From: a virus
Taxonomy: Duplodnaviria; Caudoviricetes
Virus record (IMG/VR): IMGVR_UViG_2706796752_000001
Span: 64,001-128,000 of that record
DNA: 64,000 nt
Strand: one strand, 5' to 3'
Positions 19,869-29,482 of the stretch are shown here, one piece after another. The first letter of the stretch is position 1. Every line of letters begins with the position of its first letter. Under the pieces are notes generated by a model that saw only the letters and a list, made by a program, of their open reading frames with translations, ran no database searches and was not told the origin of the DNA. Made by a program: the position numbers and the translations under genes.

Positions 19869-21754
19869 TTTGGGAGAAGTTAATTGTAAAGAACTTCCTA
19901 GCTATCAATGACGCTGAGATTCCACTAGAGAACCAAGGTCTTATTTTGATAGAAGGGGAAAATAAGAGTGACGATAAATTTGAGTCTAACGGAGCAGGTA
20001 AATCATCTCTAGTAGCTGAGCCGATTCGTTGGGTTTTATATAATAAGATTTCCAAGGGTGGCGGCAGTGACGACGTTGTAAATGACAAGGTTGGCAAGGA
20101 TACTGAAGTGACACTTATTGGACGAGATGGTGATGACCGTTACGAGATTTCTAGATATAGAAAGCATAGTAAGTTTGGTAATAAGGTGCTTGTATATCGT
20201 AACGGAACCAACATCACAGAGAAGAGTAACACAGGTACAGACACGCTTATCGAGCAACTTGTTGGTATCTCACACTTAACCTTCATCAATAGTATTCTAT
20301 TTGCACAAGGAGAGGGTATTGGTTCTTTTGCATCTTTAACAGATAGCAAGAAGAAAGAAATACTAGAGTCGGTTTTAAAGCTAGACGTCTACTCTACAGC
20401 GCAGCAGATTGCTAAAGATAAAGTTAGTGAGACAGAAGGTAAGATTGAGGATAAAAAGAAAGAAAAAGAGAAGCTGCAATGGGAACTATCACAAGTTGAT
20501 GTATTGGAGCAGAACGATAAAGCAAACTATGAATCTACGAAAAACAACATCATCAACGGACGTAAGCAATTAGAGCTAGCGGTAAAAGAGTTAAACGATT
20601 ATCCAGCAGCTAACTTCGGTCTTATCGAGAAAGATAGGGATACCAAGAAACTACTAGAAGAACAAATAGCAGAGATAGCAAATGTAGATACAAGTAAAGA
20701 GGAAGAGACAGTAGCCAAGGTTCAAGACATCTTACAAAAGTTCTCAAATAAGGATAAAGAGCTAAGGATGCAACAGAAGACACTATTGAAGAATTACAAG
20801 GCACTTGATGCTACAGATATTTGTCCGGTATGTGGTTCACAGGTAGATGTTTCGCACATTAAAACAGAGCAGAATAATATTAAAACAGAAGTGCAAGTTG
20901 TTGTTAACGCACTAAAGCAGTTAGAACTTAAGTTCCAGCCATACTCCGGTCTTATGGACAAAGCTAGTGCAGCATTAGACGCTAAACGAAAAGAACAACG
21001 AGACGTGATAAACCAGATTCAAGGTATGCAGCAGCATATAACAAAGTTAGACAACAACATCCGCAACTATGAACATCAGTTACAGTTGTTGAAGAATAAC
21101 AAGGACGCAGTTGTATCACGATTAGAAATGCTAGAAGAAACACCGGAACCAAAACCACGTACAGCTGAGCGTAAGAAATGGTCCGATGCTATCGCTAAAG
21201 TGGACAAAGAAATTATCGAACTAGAGAAAGAGAAGTTAGAAGACGAAGATGTTGTAAAAGTATTCTCTAACGATGGAGTTAAATCTCACGTACTAGATTT
21301 AATTACACCAGAGCTTAATAAAAAAGGTAACGAGTTCCTTAAACGTTTAGCAGGGGAAAACATGGAGCTAAACTTTACTACTCGTACCCTTAAGAAAGAT
21401 AAAACGTACTCGGACAAGTTTGATGTGCAGGTAACCAACCGTGTAGGAGGTAAGAACTACAAGTTAGCATCTGGAGGGGAAAAGAAACGTGCTGACCTAG
21501 CTATTTCTCTTGCATTACAGGATATCGTGTCACACTATACGAACTTTGTTGTATGTGATGAGTTCTTCGATGCTTTAGATGAAAAAGGTATTGAGTCATC
21601 TATTGAGGTATTGAAAGACATCGCTAATAAAGTTGGTACAGTGTTCGTAATCACACAATCTAGTCATTTTAAATCCTTATTCGAGAAGGTTATAACAGTT
21701 ACAAAAGACAACACGGGAATTTCTAAAATTAAAACAGAGGAGAGAAAAAAGTAA
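19865..21754 (+). CDS. recombination ATPase subunit (SbcC/Rad50/gp46-like)
   Basis: NGAGKSS Walker A, FAQG Q-loop, CPVC zinc hook in a coiled coil, SGGE signature, CDEFFDALD. Confidence 0.95.
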   Translation: MIWEKLIVKNFLAINDAEIPLENQGLILIEGENKSDDKFESNGAGKSSLVAEPIRWVLYNKISKGGGSDDVVNDKVGKDTEVTLIGRDGDDRYEISRYRKHSKFGNKVLVYRNGTNITEKSNTGTDTLIEQLVGISHLTFINSILFAQGEGIGSFASLTDSKKKEILESVLKLDVYSTAQQIAKDKVSETEGKIEDKKKEKEKLQWELSQVDVLEQNDKANYESTKNNIINGRKQLELAVKELNDYPAANFGLIEKDRDTKKLLEEQIAEIANVDTSKEEETVAKVQDILQKFSNKDKELRMQQKTLLKNYKALDATDICPVCGSQVDVSHIKTEQNNIKTEVQVVVNALKQLELKFQPYSGLMDKASAALDAKRKEQRDVINQIQGMQQHITKLDNNIRNYEHQLQLLKNNKDAVVSRLEMLEETPEPKPRTAERKKWSDAIAKVDKEIIELEKEKLEDEDVVKVFSNDGVKSHVLDLITPELNKKGNEFLKRLAGENMELNFTTRTLKKDKTYSDKFDVQVTNRVGGKNYKLASGGEKKRADLAISLALQDIVSHYTNFVVCDEFFDALDEKGIESSIEVLKDIANKVGTVFVITQSSHFKSLFEKVITVTKDNTGISKIKTEERKK

Positions 21755-22342
21755 ATGAAAATTAAAAATCACTCAGTGGAGAGTATCGAGCTAGTGCTCG
21801 AGAATACAAACAATGAAAAGGAAAATGTGTCATACTTCTTCCCGAAGACAAACATGGTCTTCTGGTACCCATTAAATAACGGATATGAGTACAAGCACTC
21901 AGACGCACGAGGGTTCATGTATATCACACAGGATAAACTTGCTACAGTGGACGTGTATAAAGTAGTTAGAGCTAAACGAGCTAAGAAGTTACCACAGAAG
22001 AACGGTATCCCGTTCAGTCAGGATATCTTCAATAAGAACTTAGCTACACTTAAGTGGGCAAAACAGAACGGGTATGTAACATACGATAGTAACTACGTAT
22101 TTACAGGGAACTACGATGAATCTATTAAACGAGTATTAACAGACTTACGAGCGTTAGAATCTATGTTAAAGTCTAGATACTACTCTAAGCACCTATGGAA
22201 CGTACAAGATATCCTTGAAGATAAAGCAGAGTTAAATTTCCACGAAGTAGCAACAGCAGCAGAGAAGAACCGTATCCGCTTATTCGGCGAAACGTACGCA
22301 TACCTTCGCATGAGCGCACGAGCAGGTGTTACGAATGCATAA
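21755..22342 (+). CDS. conserved hypothetical protein
   Basis: 195-aa ORF at the conserved position between SbcC and primase. Confidence 0.65.
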   Translation: MKIKNHSVESIELVLENTNNEKENVSYFFPKTNMVFWYPLNNGYEYKHSDARGFMYITQDKLATVDVYKVVRAKRAKKLPQKNGIPFSQDIFNKNLATLKWAKQNGYVTYDSNYVFTGNYDESIKRVLTDLRALESMLKSRYYSKHLWNVQDILEDKAELNFHEVATAAEKNRIRLFGETYAYLRMSARAGVTNA

Positions 22343-22508
22343 ATCAGACAAAGCATATATCACTAAACTAGTAGAAGAATTATCCGCTACGGTAGACCAC
22401 GGTGAATGCTTTTATGAAGAAGCAGAAATGAATGAGTATCTGGACCTATTGACAAGGTTAAGGGAACGAAGTGTAGCGTTATTCATTCATAATCAACGAG
22501 AAGACTAG
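22335..22508 (+). CDS. hypothetical protein
   Basis: Small ORF overlapping the upstream stop. Confidence 0.5.
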   Translation: MHKSDKAYITKLVEELSATVDHGECFYEEAEMNEYLDLLTRLRERSVALFIHNQRED

Positions 22509-22523
22509 AAAGGGTGAGTTGAG

Positions 22524-23600
22524 ATGTTCATGGATTTTGTAGAGCAAGAGCTGGGTATAGGTGTTCCGGCAAACGGTGAGATGCGTTTCAACTGCCCTTT
22601 CTGTGGTAACGATAAGCATAAGCTATACGTAGAGACGAATCCTAGAGGATTATGGCAATGTAAACGTTGTGGTGAAGCAGGGTATCCTATCAGCTTTGTT
22701 ATGAAACTGTATGAAGTAGGGTACAGACCCGCTAGAGAAATTCTAGAAGGGTACGATTATGACCCAGACGAGTACCGAAAGGGTAACATGTCTCACACAC
22801 GTTATGGTGCTGAACTGACTGAGGAGGAGCAGTTGCTTCTCTTCATCGTCAATGAAGGTCGAGATGTTAATACAGGTATCGAAGTAAATACGAAAAAGAA
22901 GTGTCCTAAGCCACCAACAAACTGTAAGAGGTTGCTAGATAACTTTAATAATCCAGAAGCGTATCCTTTCTTACAGTACTTACACGGTCGAGGTGTTTCT
23001 ATTGAACAGATAAAACAATGTGATGCGCATTACACATTAGAGGGAATTGTCTACTTAGAAAATGATAAGACACTAACTCTACGAAACAGTCTCGTATTCT
23101 TCACTTTTAACAACGCTGGTAAGCCCGTGTACTGGAATACTCGCTCGATTGATAGTAACGCTTATATAAAATCATTTAACGCCACAGCGAGGGACTGGGA
23201 GTACTCACGTAAGGACGTAGTGATGGGATTAGATAGAGTTGGAGATAACCACAAAGTTATTATCGTAGAGGGATTCTTTAATATGACAACACTAGGTGAT
23301 GGTGCTGTAGTTACTTTCGGTAAACAAGTAACGAACGACCAGATTGATTTAATCCTAAAAGCTACACAGAAATGGAAACAACCAATCTATCTGTACTTGG
23401 ATAGAGATGCAAAGCTTGAGATGATTCGTACAGCTAACGTTATACGAGAGAAAGAACCATCTCGCGAAGTATACTTTGTCTATAGCGAAGATGACCGCGA
23501 TGCCAACGATTTAGGATTTCAAGATGCGTGGGCTAGAGTCAACAATGCGATAAAGGCAGATGCCGAAGGTATATTAAAACTAGAATTACTATACATGTAG
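22524..23600 (+). CDS. DNA primase
   Basis: CPFC...CKRC zinc finger; TOPRIM IIVEG and YLDRD; DRDANDLG. Confidence 0.92.
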   Translation: MFMDFVEQELGIGVPANGEMRFNCPFCGNDKHKLYVETNPRGLWQCKRCGEAGYPISFVMKLYEVGYRPAREILEGYDYDPDEYRKGNMSHTRYGAELTEEEQLLLFIVNEGRDVNTGIEVNTKKKCPKPPTNCKRLLDNFNNPEAYPFLQYLHGRGVSIEQIKQCDAHYTLEGIVYLENDKTLTLRNSLVFFTFNNAGKPVYWNTRSIDSNAYIKSFNATARDWEYSRKDVVMGLDRVGDNHKVIIVEGFFNMTTLGDGAVVTFGKQVTNDQIDLILKATQKWKQPIYLYLDRDAKLEMIRTANVIREKEPSREVYFVYSEDDRDANDLGFQDAWARVNNAIKADAEGILKLELLYM

Positions 23601-23611
23601 GAGGGGTGAAC

Positions 23612-23872
23612 ATGGAAGAAACTAAGAACGCGTACATGAACATTGAGAAGATAAAACAAGATTATCCGGATGAGTATGCAGCTAAGCTATTTATCTGTAA
23701 AGCATGTAACTATTATTGTACTTCAATAGATGGGTTATTTTCTCCAGAGAATCTAAAATATCTAGCAAACTGTACAGCCGATGACTTCTACGATGATACG
23801 ACAGAGACTATCTCCAAGCATGGTATGGACGCTGTCACATTACACGGTCTAGTAAATTGGAAACCTTTTTAA
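23612..23872 (+). CDS. hypothetical protein
   Basis: RBS AGGAGGGG before ATG 23612. Confidence 0.6.
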   Translation: MEETKNAYMNIEKIKQDYPDEYAAKLFICKACNYYCTSIDGLFSPENLKYLANCTADDFYDDTTETISKHGMDAVTLHGLVNWKPF

Positions 23873-23881
23873 AATAAAGTG

Positions 23882-23910
23882 TTGACAATCTATTAATCGT
23901 GTGATATAGT
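23882..23910 (+). promoter_or_regulatory. sigmaA-type promoter
   Basis: TTGACA-N17-TATAGT. Confidence 0.85.
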
Positions 23911-23941
23911 TTAATAGTAGATAAAACAAGGAGGAGATTAT

Positions 23942-24751
23942 ATGACAGACGAATTAAAAGTATCAGAATTACCAGTTAAAGTTGTACTAGGAGATGGAGC
24001 TAAGATTCCTAAGAATGCGCACGGAGATGACTTCTGTGATGACGTATATGCAGCGGAAGGACGTTTAGTTCCACCAGCTACATTTAAATCAATTTTAGTA
24101 CCAACAAACGTAACTACTGAGTTCGATGCAAAGTATGGGCTTAAGTTAAACACACGAAGTGGTATGGGATATAAGACGCCTTTAATTCTAGCTAACGCAA
24201 CAGGTATTATCGAAGCTAGCTACCGAGGTACAATTGGAGTGTTACTACGAAACACATTTGTAGGAAGTAGCTTAGTAGATTTTGTATTCGATACATCAGG
24301 TAACCGAGTACCTTATACCGAGATTCCAAAGGAGCTAATCACACAAGCTCGTGAATTCTTCGAAGAAGAAAGTGAATTCTTAGGATATGGTAAACCCGAA
24401 AGTATGGAAGATTTTAAGAAAGAGATGAACGCATGGTTAGAACGTAGTAAGACTGGAGAATTTGGAGAAGGTAATATTTCTAGAATCCAGCATTTACTAA
24501 ACAATGGTGAACAATTAAATATGAAAGATGCGGCGACATGGGTAGACCGCGTGGCACCTAAACCATCTGCAAAACAACGTCTATTCTATGACCTATTCCC
24601 TGTTGGAACTGTTATGGTAGAAAAAGGAGAACGTATCGCTCAGATTCACTTCCAAGAAATCGTTCGAGCTAAGTATGAAGAAATCACTAAAGAAGGATTG
24701 TCAGAGACAGCTCGCGGTGATAAAAAATATGGAGGAACGGGAGTGAAGTAA
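23942..24751 (+). CDS. dut: trimeric dUTPase with a large internal insertion
   Basis: Motif II TRSG, motif III GIIEASYRG, motif IV GERIAQ, motif V RGDKKYGGTG. Confidence 0.88.
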   Translation: MTDELKVSELPVKVVLGDGAKIPKNAHGDDFCDDVYAAEGRLVPPATFKSILVPTNVTTEFDAKYGLKLNTRSGMGYKTPLILANATGIIEASYRGTIGVLLRNTFVGSSLVDFVFDTSGNRVPYTEIPKELITQAREFFEEESEFLGYGKPESMEDFKKEMNAWLERSKTGEFGEGNISRIQHLLNNGEQLNMKDAATWVDRVAPKPSAKQRLFYDLFPVGTVMVEKGERIAQIHFQEIVRAKYEEITKEGLSETARGDKKYGGTGVK

Positions 24752-25059
24752 TGCAAAATCGAATTACAGATTACATTGATGGGATGATAGAGGCTAAGTT
24801 AAACAACGATGGTCATACTATGTTGCAGCTGCAAAAACAGTACGCAAATATGAATGTAAGTGTAACCGATGTAGGAGATGCAATTGTAGACTCACTAGAA
24901 GGTGTAATACAGCACGTAGACGCAATCCAAGCTATTATGGAAGCGCGTATGCGAGTGATTGTCAGTCACCTTGAACCAGCAACAATGTTAAACATCATAG
25001 ATGAATTAGAAGAATATGGAGACCACTTCATAAAATCAAACAAAGAGGAGATTAAATAA
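24751..25059 (+). CDS. conserved hypothetical protein
   Basis: Translationally coupled (TAATG). Confidence 0.65.
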   Translation: MQNRITDYIDGMIEAKLNNDGHTMLQLQKQYANMNVSVTDVGDAIVDSLEGVIQHVDAIQAIMEARMRVIVSHLEPATMLNIIDELEEYGDHFIKSNKEEIK

Positions 25060-25060
25060 C

Positions 25061-25501
25061 ATGACTAAAAACCAAAAGGCACTTACAAAAGCAGAACTAA
25101 CAGCAGCGGTAAATACACTAGAGGGTAAGATGGTTAACTTAGAGCCAAAGACAGCTAGTGTTGAAGAATTAAAAGTATATCTAGACTTCATCACTACAGG
25201 TGAATTACAAGAAGAGAAGCATGCAGACTTTATCCAAGCTTTCGCTAATAAAGCAGCTACAGTAGCAGATTCAACATTATTAGCTCGATATGCATTCTCA
25301 CAAATCTTAGGTGAATTTGATAAGCAGCTACAACGTACAATGCGTACAGTACACGTTCTAGAAGAAATTGCAGTTAAGCTAGGCGCTACACAAGAAATGT
25401 TTGATGAAGTAGCTGAGGCTCACGATAAGAAAGTTGAGGAGCTAACAAAAGCACAAGCAGAAGAAATCATTAAACAACAATCGGAAACAGCAGGGGCGTA
25501 A
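25061..25501 (+). CDS. conserved hypothetical helical protein
   Basis: RBS GAGGAG. Confidence 0.65.
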   Translation: MTKNQKALTKAELTAAVNTLEGKMVNLEPKTASVEELKVYLDFITTGELQEEKHADFIQAFANKAATVADSTLLARYAFSQILGEFDKQLQRTMRTVHVLEEIAVKLGATQEMFDEVAEAHDKKVEELTKAQAEEIIKQQSETAGA

Positions 25502-25528
25502 GCCTCTCTTCCTTTTAGGAGGCGTATA

Positions 25529-25906
25529 ATGAGAGATATTACATGTAAACATACGAACGCGGTAGAGGATGGGTACTTCCAATGTTATCACTGTGAAGAT
25601 TGTCAGTCATATATAGAAGTACATGACATGGTGTTCGATATCAGAGCTACTATGCACGATGAGGAAGACCCGAGGATTAAACTAGATGTTACAGAAGAAG
25701 ATTACGTAGATAAGAAATGGCTAGGTCTTCATATACAACAGAGTAACTTTGTTGATGGTGATGAAGATTGCTATATTAATCTATCTGAAGACCAAGTACT
25801 TGAACTGCATGAACTGTTAGGTAAGTTCATTCATAACAGAAACATGGAGATAATCAAGCAAGGCAAGGAAGAGTATAAAGCATCGTTAGAGGAGTGGGTT
25901 AAGTAA
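25529..25906 (+). CDS. hypothetical protein with a Cys/His-rich N-terminus
   Basis: RBS AGGAGG; CKH...CYHCEDC. Confidence 0.6.
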   Translation: MRDITCKHTNAVEDGYFQCYHCEDCQSYIEVHDMVFDIRATMHDEEDPRIKLDVTEEDYVDKKWLGLHIQQSNFVDGDEDCYINLSEDQVLELHELLGKFIHNRNMEIIKQGKEEYKASLEEWVK

Positions 25907-26469
25907 TGGCTAGTCAAGGTAGAGGTGCAAGAAATAAAGGTTCGGGTTTTGAGCTTAAGATGGCAAAAGAACTAACAGCGTGGTCAGGTGAAAACGTACA
26001 ACGTGTACCGCAGTCAGGTGCTGGAGGATTTCGTTTCGGTTCTGATATGCGTATGAATGGAGATATCACATTCCCTGTAGGAAGTGGGAACGTATTCGTG
26101 CATGAATGCAAGAAACAGGAAGGTGTAGAAGTTAAGGATGTCTTCATGAGCGGTGGTAAGATTAAGTCTTACTGGGAGCAAGTAGTTACAGATGCTAGAC
26201 GTTGTGCAGATATCAAACTCGTTCCGTGTCTTATCTGGTCTAAAAACCGTGATAAAGTCTACTTCATTATGCCGTATGTAGAAGAAGTGTATAATGAATT
26301 AGCTGGTAAATTCCCAGTATCAAGGCAGCTAATAAAATTCCTAGATATACGAGAAGAAGAGCAACAATTCGATACGTTAATGACTACTATTGAAGGATTC
26401 ACTTCTTTCGATAAAAATGTTATCTGGGATTACTACCGAGGTATCGACTGGGATGTGTTAAACAAATAG
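25906..26469 (+). CDS. Holliday junction resolvase (Hjc-like PD-(D/E)XK)
   Basis: RNKGSGFE, RVPQSGAG, GDI, HECK, YWEQ. Confidence 0.88.
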   Translation: MASQGRGARNKGSGFELKMAKELTAWSGENVQRVPQSGAGGFRFGSDMRMNGDITFPVGSGNVFVHECKKQEGVEVKDVFMSGGKIKSYWEQVVTDARRCADIKLVPCLIWSKNRDKVYFIMPYVEEVYNELAGKFPVSRQLIKFLDIREEEQQFDTLMTTIEGFTSFDKNVIWDYYRGIDWDVLNK

Positions 26470-26484
26470 AGAGGAGGTTCGATA

Positions 26485-26670
26485 ATGGATGGCAGAGAAG
26501 TTCTAAAGGGTATGTTAATCAACAATGACACCATTAAACATCAAGGTATTGAGAAAGTTGAACTTGAATTTAATAAAGACGGTTCAATTCTATCAGTATT
26601 CGTAAAACGTAGACCAGAGAAATGCGGATGGTCAGATAAATTATCACTTGACGCATGGAAGTTAATCTGA
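26485..26670 (+). CDS. hypothetical protein
   Basis: RBS AGGAGG. Confidence 0.6.
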   Translation: MDGREVLKGMLINNDTIKHQGIEKVELEFNKDGSILSVFVKRRPEKCGWSDKLSLDAWKLI

Positions 26671-26677
26671 TATATTA
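26648..26677 (+). promoter_or_regulatory. sigmaA-type promoter for RNR alpha
   Basis: TTGACG-N17-TATATT. Confidence 0.7.
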
Positions 26678-26708
26678 TAAGTCTAGACAAAATAAAGGGA
26701 GAGATTGC

Positions 26709-29063
26709 ATGGACACACTAAAGCAGACAGAAAAGAAAGTAACAATGATTACGAAGAATCGAGGCACATACATTCAAAGTAAAGAGTTTGATGAGCAACG
26801 CTTCGTAAAATTTGTAGATAGCATCATTGAAGTAACAAAAGATTTAGAGAAGATTGATAGTATTGAGTTACAAGAAATTACGGATGCGGTAATCTCGTTC
26901 ATCAAAGCTAAGAAGACAGTCGAGGCGGACCGATTATTTAGTTACCTAATCCGAGAGACACAATCTCGTGTAACGAAAGAGAATCTTCCTCTATTAAACT
27001 TCGTAGCAGCAGTAGATTTACGAGCTAAGTATAAAGGTGTTTCTAAGTTGCGTGGATTCGATTATCGTGAAGGATATGGAGATTATGCATCTCACGTACT
27101 AGCAATGGTTGAGCGTGGATTATATGATTCTTCATTACTAGAAGACTATACGCGTGATGAACTAGAAGAAGCAGGTGCAATGATTGACCCATCGAAAGAT
27201 GTTAACTTTAGTTATGCTGGTCTATCTGCACTAAAAGAAACTTATCTAGTGCATAACAAAGATAAGAATTTAGTAGAGTTGCCGCAGGAACGATTATTAA
27301 CATCCGTGTTATACCTGATGCGATTAGAACCGAAAGAGAAGCGTATGGCACGCGTTCTTCAAGGTTATCTTGCATTAGCTAATCATATGGTAGGACAAGC
27401 TACCCCGACGTTAAAGAACTCAGGTCGACCACATGGTTCGTTATCATCTTGTCACATCGTAACAATGGATGACGATTTAGATAACATCTTTGATGTATTA
27501 AAACAAGTAGCGTTATTCTCTAAAAATGGTTCTGGTCTAGGAGTGTACGGTGGATTCTTACGAGCTCGAGGTTCACGTATCCGTGGCGTTAAAGTAGCAA
27601 ACAATGGTATTATCCATCCAGCAGGTATGCTATCTCGATTAGCTGAGTACGTTGACCAAACAGGAACACGTAAAGCAGGTATCGCTCTTTATCTACCAAT
27701 CTGGCATGCGGATGTCATGGAGTTCTTGGAGTTACGATTAAAAACTGGTACACAAGAAAAACGTGCACAATCGATTACGACAGGCTTATGTATTCCTGAT
27801 GAGTTTATGCGTCGTTTAGATAAAGTACAACCAGTAACATTATTCGACCCACGTGAAGTACGTCAACGTTTAGGAGTAGACCTTAACTTACAGTACGATA
27901 AGAAATTGCTGCAAGATGGAGAAGAGCCTAACATTCATGACCATGCTTTCACTTACTGGTATCGTAAAGCGGAACAGTTAAAAGATTTAGAGATTAAAGA
28001 AGTACTGGACATTCGTCAAGTGTACAAGAAGATTCGTTCATCTCGTATGACTACAGGTACGCCTTACATGTACTACAGCGATACAAGTGCTCGTATGAAT
28101 CCTAATGGTCATGCAGGTATGCCACTCGGCTCAAACTTATGTACAGAAATCATTCATAACATGTCTTATGACAAGTTGATACAGAATGAAGATAACGAGT
28201 TAGGTCAAGTAATCTATAAAGTTGAAGCAGGAGACTTAGTAACTTGTAATCTATCATCTCAAGTAATGCACAATGTAGCACACTTATCTGATGAGGAGTA
28301 TGAGGCGCTTACAGAGATTCAAATGCGTATGTTAGATAACGTAATTGACCAAGGTCGTTTATCTGTTGGACAGGCACGAGTTACAAATAACAAATACCGC
28401 GCAGTTGGTGCAGGACTTTTAGGAACTGTAACACATCTAACTAACGAAGGCATTCCATGGGAGTCTACGAAAGCAACGGAAGAAATCGAACGATTCCACA
28501 AACGTTATCTAAAAGCAATTATTAAAGCTTCATACAAGATTGCATTAGAGAAAGGTTCGTATCCACTATATGAGGGCTCTGACTGGCAGACAGGCGCGTT
28601 CTTCGACAAACGAGGATTCGTAGGTGAGGAATGGGAAGAGTACCGTAAGATGGCAGCTACGGCGTTTAGATTCGGTTATGTAAAAGCGACAGCTCCGACA
28701 GCTACAAACAGTATCATCATGAATGGTTCACCTGCTGAAGACCCATTATACGATGTACTGTATACGGAAGTTAAATCAGGTATTACTGTTCTAGTAGCTC
28801 CGCCAAACTATAACAATAAAACAAAATGGTTATACAAATCCGGTTTCGACATGGATGAGGGTTGGGCGTTAAAACACGTAGCAACAGCTCAACGTTATGT
28901 AGACCAAGCGATTTCACATAACATGCATATCAGTGAAAATACACCACCATCAGAACTACGTCGACTAGACTTAATGTCTTGGAAACTAGGAATGAAAACA
29001 GTGTATTACACGCACACAGAGGACCGTGAGCGACCAGCTGATTGCCCAATGTGCCAAGGTTAA
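26709..29063 (+). CDS. nrdA: class I ribonucleotide reductase alpha subunit
   Basis: ATPTL, SSC, GSNLCTEI, TCNLSS, APTAT, DQAISHN, KTVYY and C-terminal CPMC; RBS AAAGGGAG before ATG 26709. Confidence 0.95.
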   Translation: MDTLKQTEKKVTMITKNRGTYIQSKEFDEQRFVKFVDSIIEVTKDLEKIDSIELQEITDAVISFIKAKKTVEADRLFSYLIRETQSRVTKENLPLLNFVAAVDLRAKYKGVSKLRGFDYREGYGDYASHVLAMVERGLYDSSLLEDYTRDELEEAGAMIDPSKDVNFSYAGLSALKETYLVHNKDKNLVELPQERLLTSVLYLMRLEPKEKRMARVLQGYLALANHMVGQATPTLKNSGRPHGSLSSCHIVTMDDDLDNIFDVLKQVALFSKNGSGLGVYGGFLRARGSRIRGVKVANNGIIHPAGMLSRLAEYVDQTGTRKAGIALYLPIWHADVMEFLELRLKTGTQEKRAQSITTGLCIPDEFMRRLDKVQPVTLFDPREVRQRLGVDLNLQYDKKLLQDGEEPNIHDHAFTYWYRKAEQLKDLEIKEVLDIRQVYKKIRSSRMTTGTPYMYYSDTSARMNPNGHAGMPLGSNLCTEIIHNMSYDKLIQNEDNELGQVIYKVEAGDLVTCNLSSQVMHNVAHLSDEEYEALTEIQMRMLDNVIDQGRLSVGQARVTNNKYRAVGAGLLGTVTHLTNEGIPWESTKATEEIERFHKRYLKAIIKASYKIALEKGSYPLYEGSDWQTGAFFDKRGFVGEEWEEYRKMAATAFRFGYVKATAPTATNSIIMNGSPAEDPLYDVLYTEVKSGITVLVAPPNYNNKTKWLYKSGFDMDEGWALKHVATAQRYVDQAISHNMHISENTPPSELRRLDLMSWKLGMKTVYYTHTEDRERPADCPMCQG

Positions 29064-29067
29064 ACAA

Positions 29068-29093
29068 GAAGAGTGGATTTAGGTTCACTCTTT
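29068..29093 (+). terminator. hairpin after RNR alpha
   Basis: GAAGAGTGGA-tttagg-TTCACTCTTT. Confidence 0.55.
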
Positions 29094-29123
29094 CGCTATA
29101 TTAATATAGAAGGGAGAGATTAC

Positions 29124-29414
29124 ATGTATAAATCTATTATTGAGGTTATCAATATTTATATCCAACGAGGGTATAAGCTAGAGTATACGAATGGTTCTAC
29201 GTTTGCGGTATTTAATATGAATGGTTTCTATCACTTAGCGGTAGACATCTTGAATGGCGAACCAATGTATTATTACTCAGCAACAGTTTATATTACAGAA
29301 GAGAACCCAGAAGGAAAACGAATGTTTATGTGTAAAGACTTCGAGGATATGGACCGACAGATTCGTCCTTTTGAGGATATAACTTCTTTAGAAAAAGATG
29401 TTGACAAAGATTAA
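29124..29414 (+). CDS. hypothetical protein inserted between the RNR subunits
   Basis: RBS AGGGAG before ATG 29124. Confidence 0.6.
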   Translation: MYKSIIEVINIYIQRGYKLEYTNGSTFAVFNMNGFYHLAVDILNGEPMYYYSATVYITEENPEGKRMFMCKDFEDMDRQIRPFEDITSLEKDVDKD

Positions 29415-29465
29415 TAGATAGTGTATAGTAGGTATTGTAGCGAAAGCTATGGTACCTATTTTTTA
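29401..29465 (+). promoter_or_regulatory. sigmaA promoter overlapped by a GAAA-tetraloop terminator
   Basis: TTGACA-N17-TATAGT; TAGGTATTGTAGC-GAAA-GCTATGGTACCTA plus T tract. Confidence 0.75.
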
Positions 29466-29482
29466 TTTAAGGAGGAGAATAC

